Shown in pieces: positions 22,856 to 31,227 of a stretch of DNA of 31,227 nucleotides. A program made the position numbers and the translations under genes. Origin of the DNA: Lama guanicoe (lineage: Eukaryota); NCBI GenBank assembly GCA_013239625.1, contig MU053482.1, positions 310,001 through 341,227 of the forward strand, read 5' to 3'. Each line of letters opens with the position of its first letter. Within the stretch, counting starts at the first letter, position 1. The notes under the pieces were generated by a model that saw nothing but the letters and a program-made list of their open reading frames with translations, made no database searches and was not told the origin of the DNA.

Positions 22856-22960
22856 CTGTGCGGGGAGGCCCCAGGCCCAGGTAGCGGAGGTGGCTCAGGC
22901 TGCGGGGCTCGGGCTCCGCGGTGGCTTCTCCATCACAACATCCCCCGCCCAGGAGCGCGC
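22856..22960 (-). other. APBB1: APBB1 non-coding first exon, proximal candidate (5' end uncertain)
   Basis: Donor CAG|gtagga at 22855 inside the CpG island. Confidence 0.65.
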
Positions 22961-23260
22961 GGGCCGCGGGACCGCGCCCGGGGCCGCGGAGGCGCGCGCG
23001 GAGCAGGGGGTGGGGGAGGGGCGCCATCTTGGGCCGGGCGCGAGCCCGGGCGCGCGAGCGCCCCGGGGGCGCCACTTGCTGCAGCCGCGCGGAGGGCTCC
23101 TCCCTACGGGACCCTCGGGCCTCGGTGAGCCCCGCGGCCCACACCCCCTCGCCGGCCGCCATCCCTGCGCCCGTGTCCCGGGGTCCCTGAGCGCTGCCCC
23201 AGCCTTCGCCGACCCCCGCTCAGCCTAGCACCGCCCTCCACCACGAGGCCCCAGACTCAC

Positions 23261-23430
23261 CCTGCGCGCCCCGCAGGGCCCTGGCCGCGCACCCCGGCGG
23301 GGCGACGCACGGACGAGGTTGCAGCCGGGTGGTGCCGGGCCGCGGCCGCGCGGGGAGGGGCTCCGAGGAGGCAGCCTGCTCCGCTCTTGCGGCAACACTC
23401 CCTGACGTCCTGGTGGAGAGGCGATGAGGA
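23261..23430 (-). other. APBB1: APBB1 non-coding first exon, distal candidate (5' end uncertain)
   Basis: Donor AGG|gtgagt at 23260 inside the CpG island. Confidence 0.55.
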
Positions 23431-23444
23431 CGCAGCGTTGGTGG

Positions 23445-23652
23445 TAATAATAGCTTGTATTTATTGACCGCTCACACCGTGCCAGATTCTGTGTTAAAAC
23501 CCTTTACATGCATCCATCTTCGCGTCGGCCCTGTGAAGTCGCCACCGTGATTAGCCTCAGTTTTCAGAGGAAGATGCTGAGATTCAGAAAGATAAAGCGA
23601 CTTGCCTGCAGTCGCAGGTAAGTGGTGAAATCAAACTGGAACTCAGATGTTT
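23445..23652 (-). mobile_element. MIR SINE bordering the CpG island
   Basis: atttattgaccgctcacaccgtgccag...ttttcagaggaagatgctgagattcaga...cgacttgcc. Confidence 0.75.
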
Positions 23653-24072
23653 CTTCACACCCTGCCCCTGCGGCTGAACATGAAACTGTGACCCCAGGGC
23701 CTTGCAGATGTGACCAATGAATCATTCCCTGGTAGAAATTCACAAGAGGGAAGGAAGAAGGGGAGAATGTGGGTGAAAAGTGTGAAAGAAGGAATGGTGG
23801 GGCCCCAAGTTACCCAGACACCCTGGGTAGTGGGATAGTTCCCAGTGGTCAAGTCAGTGGCAGGGGACTATTACCATCCAGAAACCTTCTCCTGGCTCAT
23901 TCCTCTAAGACAGAGGTTTTAATATATTATACCTACTAACTATTGAGCAGCTGGCTCCGGAGGCCCTCAAGGTACCTAAAACTAAAATGTCCAAATCTAA
24001 ATTCATTATCTCATCCTCTTTATTGGCCTTTATTCTAAGAAGTTTCACTAGGGTGAAAAAGAACCCTCCCCA

Positions 24073-24075
24073 ACA

Positions 24076-24117
<42 letters not shown>
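24073..24117. repeat. Compound (GC)n(AC)n microsatellite
   Basis: acacgtgcgcgcgcgcacacac...aca. Confidence 0.95.
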
Positions 24118-24120
<3 letters not shown>

Positions 24121-24249
24121 TGGATGAAGCGCTACTTCATCCATTCCAGTGAGTTGCATCACCATCTACTACTGCCTTGCCTAGGCCAGATGCCTCAAGA
24201 TCATCGTTGACTACACTTTCACTTGACTTGAGTGAATATAAATGTTTTA

Positions 24250-24372
24250 GCTTTTTATTATAGAAATTTTCAAATATATATATATATATATGTATACAGA
24301 AGGAGACAGAACAGTATAGTGAACTCTCATATACCCATTACACAGCTTCAACAATTATCAACTCCTGGCCAA
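24250..24372 (-). mobile_element. Old L1M 3' terminal fragment containing (TA)n
   Basis: ttttattatagaaattttcaaatatata...agaacagtatagtgaactctcatatacccattacacagcttcaacaattatcaac. Confidence 0.7.
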
Positions 24373-24539
24373 GAATTTATTATGATTTGACAAACTTCTA
24401 TGATATAAGAACCAGGTACCAAGTCCCAAGCTAGGCCCTAGGGATCCAAAGATGAATCAGAGTTCACAGTAACTCCAACCTGGAAGATATAATGTGGTCT
24501 TGGTCCTTGAAAGATGAGTAAGAGTTACCCAGAAGAAAG

Positions 24540-25310
24540 GTGTCCTCACTCATTCAGTCATCCTCTCACAACAAGTAATTGTTGTGTGGGAGGCACTGTC
24601 CTTGGTGCTAGGAACTTGTAAAGAAACAAGATTTAGTACCTGCCCTCATGAAGCTTGACTAACAGGGAAAGTGACATTAAGCATGTGATTAGAAATGTGA
24701 TGAGTATCTTGCAGGAGATATGATCACAGGATGCTATGTGAGTGGACTAAATTTGGCCTCGGGAAGTTTGGGAAGGCTTTCTCATAAGGAAGTGGCACTT
24801 GTATGAGGGGAAAGGGTGAAGGAGATAGAGGTGATCCAGGAGAAGAGAAAAATGACTCCAAGTCAAAGGAGCAGTACAAGGAGGCCAGTATGGATGCGAC
24901 AGTGGAGAAGAATGGCATCAGGTGAGGTGGAAAGGTGGACAGGTACCAAATCGAGGAGGGCTTTGTATGTTGAGCTTAGTGTTTTGGACTTTTTTAAGGG
25001 CAATGGAAAATCATCAAAGGGTTTGAGGCAGGGGAAAGGCATGTTCACCCTTGCCTTTTATATGATCACTTCTGGCTGCTCAATGGAGAATAGATAGGAG
25101 AAGAGCAAAACTAGGCAGTGTGGGGACCAGTTAGAAAGCAATTGATGTAGTCTAGGTGGGAGATGATCATAGTGGTGGGAGCAGAGATGGAGGAAACTGC
25201 ATAGGTTTTAGATATAATCAGGGGATTGAATTCACAAAAATTAGTGATTGATTGGCTATGGTAGTATGAAGGAATGGATGACTTCCAGATTTCTGCTTGA
25301 GCAAATGAAG
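24540..25310 (-). mobile_element. L2 fragment
   Basis: cactcattcagtc...ggcactgtccttggtgctagg...cctgccctcatgaagctt...gatcacttctggctgc. Confidence 0.7.
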
Positions 25311-26969
25311 AAAAAAAATCCAGAAATATCACCCATTTACAAACAGCCCACCAGAATACTTGTCTTGCCAGTCCCACTGAGCAGGATGGCTGCAGTATCC
25401 AGGGAAGTCTCACCAAGTAACCAGAAGCTCACAGATAGGATGGTGAGGGTGGGGAAGAGGAGTCTAATTAGCTAAGATGCAAAAAGGAAAATTTACAGTT
25501 CACACTCAGTACAGTTTGACCCACACACAGTCTTCCTGAATCTCTGATCCTAGGTCTGCAAAGCCTCCTAATCAGTGGGGAGTCAACTGGTGTCCTTTAT
25601 CCATCCTTTCTCTGCTGTATCTCACCCCTCTTCTGATGCTCTTCATGGCTTAGGAGCAGCCAGTGGCCTATGAGCCACCTCAGATGCTGTGTGTGGTTTT
25701 GAGCAATGTAGGCCCCTCTGAGGCAGCATTCTTTTAAAATTATTATCTTGGACCTATCAGGAAAACCTTGAATTAGAAGCAAATCCATGCAGAGTCATTC
25801 ACCAGGAGTACTGGCTTTATGCTGTTTGGTTTGATAGGTCAGACTGGTGAATACTTGTGTTACCAGGCAGTTGGCACCCAAGGCCCCCAAAGGGAAGAAC
25901 AGAGCTTTCAACTCTTTCATCATCAAAGACACTTATGGAGTATAGGCAGTCTCTTCTACCATTACATGTAAGTATTGCTTTGATATTATCATTTTTCTTG
26001 TAGTTGATCCAATAAATCTTTTTTCTTCAGGGTGGTTGTTATCACTTGGGAAATCCATAAGGAGTAAAATCTTCCCACATGTTATATGCAGTGGAATTCA
26101 TAAGACAGGTGCTAGGCCTGGCAAGGACGTCCTCAACACCCATCTTCAACAGGACCGTTCTAAAACATTCCCAGGTGGAGCGTATAGGAGGAGAAGAGAA
26201 AGGGACAGAGGACTGAACTTTGGGAATGCCAGCATTTGGCAAGGCAGCAGAGGAAAAGAAGGCCAAGAGGAAAACTAAGAAGAAACAGAGAATAAAAGAA
26301 GATCAGGAGAGAGTAATGTCATGGAAGAAATCCAAGGGAGGAAAGACTTTCAAGGAAGAAAATGTGGTCAGCAACCTCAAACGTAGCAAAGACTTCCAAA
26401 GTCAAGGCAAAAAGTTATCCTTTGAGTTTGGCAACATAGAGGTCATGGATCCCCAGGATATGATCTGTATCAGCAGGAAATGGAGGCAGAAGCCACAGTG
26501 AATTGAGGAAAGGAAAATGAGGAAGTAGAATAAGTAAGTGCAGGGTCCCCTTTTGAGGAATATGGAAGAAAGAATAGACAGTAGATGAAAAGTGATATAA
26601 AGTTAAAGAGATTCTGATTTTGTCTTTTTTTTTAAAAGATGGCGAATACTTGAACATGGGTATGAACTACAAGAAGATACCAGTAGAGAAAATGAATTTC
26701 AAAGTAAAAAAGAAGGTGAGAGATCCTGGAGGTGATGAGAGGAGGTGGGATCATGGGCTCATGTAGAAGAACTGGACACCTGAACTTTACAGGCTGAAGG
26801 GATAGGGGCAAGGATAGGGGGTAGGTCGGGTAATTAATAAGGTGGGAGCAAGCAAGAGGTTTAGGTATTTCATGCCTAGTGATATCAATATTTTCAAAGT
26901 CTTGGGCCGAGGAAGGGAAGGAGGGTTGGTTGGAGAACAAGGAAAACCTTGCAAGATAAATATCCTGTC

Positions 26970-27470
26970 ATGAACATGTTGTTGTTGCCTTTGTTATCTG
27001 TGCAGCATCCTTTCCCCCTCTAATTAGTAACAGCACATCAGTTTTCTGTGAAGACCCATGCCCTCCCCAGTCTAAGTCTATGTGGTTCAGATGGGTATCA
27101 TCCCAGCCCCACAACCCACTTTAATGGTGGGCTCCTAACCCAGGTCAAAGTGATCAATTCAAAGATAGGCACATGACTGTGTTTGAGCCAGTGAAAATAG
27201 ATCCAAGAATTTTCCTGCAACTGTTGGGCAGGAGGTGCTGGTAGAATGTAAGCCTGGTCTTACCTTGCTGTCAGGTGGGATGAGCTTGCCTGAGAATGAA
27301 GCCAACTCAAAGAAAGCACAGCTAAGGGATGGAAAGGGACAGATGCCTGATAACATCAATTTAATAGCTTTTTACCTTTTCCTGAAGTCATATGAGCTGA
27401 TTTTTTTTTTTTGCTTACACCACTTTAAGATGGGTTTTATTGTTTGCAACCAAGAGTTATGACGAATACA
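26970..27470 (+). mobile_element. MLT1-like (ERVL-MaLR) solo LTR
   Basis: Ends ttgtttgcaaccaagagttatgacgaataca; internal agcttgcctgagaatgaagccaac. Confidence 0.6.
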
Positions 27471-27993
27471 TGAGACAGATATTGCCTGTTGGTACTCAGC
27501 CCCACATCCAGTCTTCTATAATCTCCTCTGTACCAACAAGGCTGGAAATCTGAAAACCGTATTTTACAGATTTCTGTGTCACCTCGTTCCGATTAGGTTC
27601 TGCCAATGAGAACCCTCACTTGAGGAAGGTGGGAAGAAGGGAAAAGTCCTTCTGCTTTTGGCAGTGCCTCTGGCAACATCAGCAGCAGTGGTTCCAACCT
27701 AGCGAATGGAGACCCTTCCAATAGCGTCAGCGATACAGACTCCAGCTTTGTCAGCAGCCAGTGCAGATTTGCGGGTTCTACCTCCTTGATCTTTGGCAAT
27801 ACCTTTTCTCCCTTTTCTCCTCTAAGCCAAGATTACTGGTAGTTTCCTGGTCTCTGGTAACCCTGCTTTCTCCTTCTGCTTCTCCAGACCTCCCCCACAA
27901 CTTCGTAACAAATTCCTTGCTTTAAATTCCCATCTAATTGGAATATCTAGAGTGCTTTCTGTATTCTTATTGAACGGTGATTGAAACAATACA
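27471..27993 (+). mobile_element. ERVL-type solo LTR (LTR33/LTR16-like)
   Basis: gattaggttctgccaatgaga...aaattccc...aatatctagagtgctttctgt...aataca. Confidence 0.55.
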
Positions 27994-28179
27994 CATTCTC
28001 CTATTTTGCATACACATGTGCGTGCACACACATACACACCACACACAAAGCTCAGAGAAGCTGAGGGTATCAAACCTCCAGAGTTAGTAAGTGGCCTAGC
28101 TGAGACTGGAGTTCAGATATGTCTGACTCTAAAGTTTTCACTCTTTCTCTGACCTAAAGCTGGGTTTTGTTATTCTTTT

Positions 28180-28298
28180 CTATTTATTTGTTTGTTTGTT
28201 TGTTTGTTTATGTATTACTTATAGAGGTACTGGGGATTGAACCCAGGACCACAGGTACGCTAAGCATGCGCTCTACCACTGAGCTATGCCCCACCCCC
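28180..28298 (-). mobile_element. tRNA-Ala-derived SINE with (AAAC)n tail (vic-1-like)
   Basis: - strand GGGGCATAGCTCAGTGGTAGAGCGCATGCTTAGCGTACCTGTGGTCCTGGGTTCAATCCCCAGTACCTC, with A and B boxes, then an A-rich tail. Confidence 0.85.
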
Positions 28299-29426
28299 TT
28301 CTTTGTTTTTTTATGGCTAGATTAAATAGAAGTTAAAGGAGGCAGAGAAATAAAAGCATGGTTTAGAAAGTTGTTTAGATGATCAACCTTGATGTTCAGT
28401 TTGGGTAGGGAAAAAATGGCCTTCAGGGAACAGAGGACAGGGTGAGAATAAAGGGATCAGACATCTCTGTAAAGTCAAAGAGCAGGAGCGTGAGACTGAA
28501 GTCATGAGGGGGGCAGGGTGGATAAAGGGTAAGAGGTCGGGGTCACAGATGGGATGTTGGAATTTAAGGAATCTCTTCACAGGTGGAGCAACTGTGAATG
28601 AGGATTAGGGTCTGAGTTTGGCCTTCCTAACTGGGTAGCTGAAATGGGGACTTCAGCAATTGAGGGGACATAGTCAGGAGATTGGTAGATGATGGTCACA
28701 AGAATGGCATGGCTCAACTGCTCGATGCTGAAGGAAGAGGAATTTAACCTGCATAGAAGGAAGGAAAATGGCATAGACGTGTGTGGAGTCCTGCCAATGC
28801 TGAGACTGCTTCCCATTCACTGGGACAGCTGTGGGGGAGGGAAGAGGGCCCCTGGGGCAGAGCCTGGCCTCAATTAAGGCTGAAGGTAAAGAGCTAGAGA
28901 AGTGTATTAACTGTGGAGTGTGTGAAGAAAACAGAGAAGCTTATTGACCATTGAGGGGGTGCATTTGAGAGGGCGCCGTGGAAAGTTTGGGAAGAAGAGG
29001 CACAATGATGAACGGGGAGAAGGGGCCATGGAGCAGCTTGGAGGTGAGGTGCTTTGCGCATGCACAGCCACCCCCAGCCCTGTTTTCTCCGTGTCCTGGG
29101 GCCACGCTGCGGTCAGTTATTAGCAGACGGAGGCAGAGTCCTGGCGCTGCTTCTTACTTGCTGTGTAAACACAGCAGTTCCTTTCTCTACCTTTGGCCCT
29201 CTGTTCCCCCTCTATGTGTCAATAGTCTGGAAGAAGCCAGTTTGTGACCGGGATTCAGGAATCACTTGTGCAGAAATAAGATTTGTCCCTCAGTCCTCTC
29301 TTTCCTTGTCTCCTGCGGCCTCACTAGGAGCCTCAAAAGAGATGCTACGAGCTTCTCCACTCAAAGACAGAAGTGAGATTGTCCCACAAGCAGGGCTCTT
29401 TGATTCAAGCGGAGAAGCCCTCTGGC

Positions 29427-29432
29427 TTTATT
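29427..29432 (-). terminator. HPX: HPX polyadenylation signal
   Basis: AATAAA on -, 38 nt after the stop codon. Confidence 0.85.
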
Positions 29433-29470
29433 GTAAGGCAAACCAAGAGAAGAGCTGGGCCAGACTCAAT

Positions 29471-29742
29471 TCAGGAGCCATTTGAAGGAAGGCAGCCCAG
29501 GAGGCTGTTTACTCTCTGGGGCTGGGGAGGGTTCTCGGCTGCGGTCAGTTTCTCGACATCACTGTAGCAGAACAAATTAGGGCCATGGATGAGGTACAAG
29601 CCCAGACCCTTGGCAGAGCACGAGTTGGGGCCGAGGAATTTTGTCGTACACAGGGCCCCATCGACCTTCTTGTGGGGCCAATGAAGCTCTGTCCACATGG
29701 CTTTAGGTCCTAACTTCAGGTCCAGCCACCACAGCCGCTCTC
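29471..29742 (-). CDS. HPX: Hemopexin last coding exon (10)
   Basis: ttcccag| (G)[31 protein letters not shown]...[29 protein letters not shown]...[11 protein letters not shown]. Confidence 0.96.
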
Positions 29743-29876
29743 CTGGGAAGAAGACACCAGACATTACATGGCTTCCACCTCATGGCTCCTACCCAGCCCT
29801 TCTCATGCCCCGATGGGGATCTGTGCAGTGAAGAAGTAGCAAAACAAGCCACCCCTTAGCACCAAACGCTCCTCAC

Positions 29877-30039
29877 CTGCCACGATGTGGAGCCGAGAAG
29901 ACCCAGGACAGGTAAAGGCTGCATCCACAGCATCAAGGGTGATCCCACTAGGGCTCCCAAATTCCTTCTCCAGCCGCTTTGGATAATTCTCTACTAGGGT
30001 ATAGCCTCCCTTCGTCAGGAAAATATACACCTGGGTGCC
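29877..30039 (-). CDS. HPX: Hemopexin exon 9
   Basis: ctccag| [54 protein letters not shown](G) |gtgagg. Confidence 0.96.
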
Positions 30040-30119
30040 CTGGAGGACAAAGGACATCAGTCAGCATAGAGCTGGATATTCTCCCAGTCTCCACCTCAAG
30101 CTTCTCTCCCAACACACAC

Positions 30120-30250
30120 CTGGATCAGATAGAGTTTATCATCCCAGGAAAAGGCAGCATCCACTGTTGAAGGACCATGAGGCCACTGATGGTCAATGGG
30201 CCAGCTATGCCACCCCTCCCGGCTGGTGTCCAGGCGCCAGTAGTTGGACC
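30120..30250 (-). CDS. HPX: Hemopexin exon 8 (contains the heme-ligand His of GWHSW)
   Basis: ctacag| (G)[43 protein letters not shown] |gtgtgt; not in the ORF track; upstream exons lie beyond the window. Confidence 0.94.
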
Positions 30251-30769
30251 CTGTAGAGTAGCAGAGGCACCTCTAGTGCTGGTGGTAAGAGGCCAGGCAG
30301 TGAAGATGCAAGTGACAGATGCAGGGATGGGTCCTGAGAGGTAGCAGAGAATGCATCCAGAGGCCAAGAGGAAAGGGGCCCAGTGAGAAGGTGTAGAGCA
30401 GGACTTGGGTGGCAAAGCTGAGTGTTGAGACCTGATTGGAATTGGAGTTAGTAAGGCCAAGTCATCAAGGCCAACAGTGGCCAGGTTGCCAGGTAAGGCC
30501 AACGCCATGGGGTTTGGTGGGGGCTCCTTACGCATCTCAGGTGTCCGTGTGCAGAGACGCTACAATGAGGTGGTGGCCAGAAGTTAAAAAGGAAGCACTG
30601 CAGCCAGGTTCCCCTGGGTGTCCTCACCCTGGCTGGGTTCTCTAATCCCTTCAGATAGCGGGAGAAGGGTGGAGTAGCCAGACCAGCGCCCTAACTTTCC
30701 TCTCCCCTTTTCATAATGACACATTAAAGGAACTGTATAAACCCTCATTTACGTTTTCTTCCTCAGCCC

Positions 30770-31227
30770 ACTTCACTTCCACTCCTGTTTCCCTCCTCCG
30801 TGGATACTTCTCTGCAAGGTCACCAGTATCCTCCAACTTGCCACATCTAATGTCTTATCTTACACTACCTCTCAGTGGCATTTGACTGCTCACAGCTCCC
30901 TTCCTTTAATTTCTTTTTTTAGATCTTGGGTCCTGTGATTGCACACTCTTTCAGTGTCCTCCTTATCTCTTTGACTCCACTTCAGCCTGGTATCTAATAT
31001 TGGAATCCCCTAGTTTGGGCCTCTTCTCTATCCACACTTACTCTCTTGATGATTTCACCTAGTCCAGGGCTTTAAACGCCATCTACATGCTGATGACTTT
31101 CGATCTGTCCTCTTCAGCTCTGCTGGACCTCTCCTTTGAGTGTCAGGCTGAAACTCAGCTGCCAACCTGACATGTCCATTTGAGGCCATTAGGCACCAAA
31201 ACACATTAAATTTATTCCTGCCCCCCC
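30770..31227 (+). mobile_element. L2 fragment in HPX intron
   Basis: ggcctcttctctatccacacttactctcttgatgatttcacctagtccagggctttaaacgccatctacatgctgatgac. Confidence 0.7.

Larger units (their letters stand above)
1525..23430 (-). other. APBB1: APBB1 (Fe65) gene span; spliced CDS 709 aa with microexon, 707 aa without
   Basis: 13 coding exons join in frame from ATG 16101 to TGA 1917 with consistent phases; WW plus two PTB domains; ends approximate. Confidence 0.95.
22700..23440. promoter_or_regulatory. APBB1: CpG island / APBB1 promoter
   Basis: Abrupt very high GC and CpG density (ggcgcgcgcgg, ggggaggggcg Sp/KLF-type boxes) about 6.6 kb upstream of exon 2. Confidence 0.9.

Noticed and set aside
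22617..23228. ORFs of 157-181 aa across the CpG island
   Set aside because: Expected from extreme GC content; low-complexity A/R/P/G composition
28222..28296. Functional tRNA-Ala gene
   Set aside because: Anticodon stem mismatched and followed by an A-rich retroposon tail rather than a short T terminator; classed as a SINE

Overview
Mammalian genomic DNA containing the conserved SMPD1-APBB1-HPX gene block. A tRNA-Ala-derived SINE suggests a camelid, but that is inference. (1) On +, the last three coding exons and 3' UTR of SMPD1 (acid sphingomyelinase), 1-~1395. (2) On -, the complete APBB1/Fe65 gene (~1525-23430): 13 coding exons that I joined in frame to 709 aa (WW, PTB1, PTB2), including a 6-nt microexon and a GC-AG intron, plus a CpG-island promoter with two candidate non-coding first exons and an internal alternative coding first exon. 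(3) On -, the last three coding exons of HPX (hemopexin), 29471-30250. Introns and intergenic DNA are dominated by ancient L2, MIR, L1M and LTR fragments, with two younger insertions. There is a 14-N assembly gap with a duplicated flank. I found no evidence of a novel multi-gene system. The noteworthy signals are splicing and translation control elements in APBB1. Exon numbers follow my recollection of the human genes; repeat boundaries and families were assigned by eye and are approximate.
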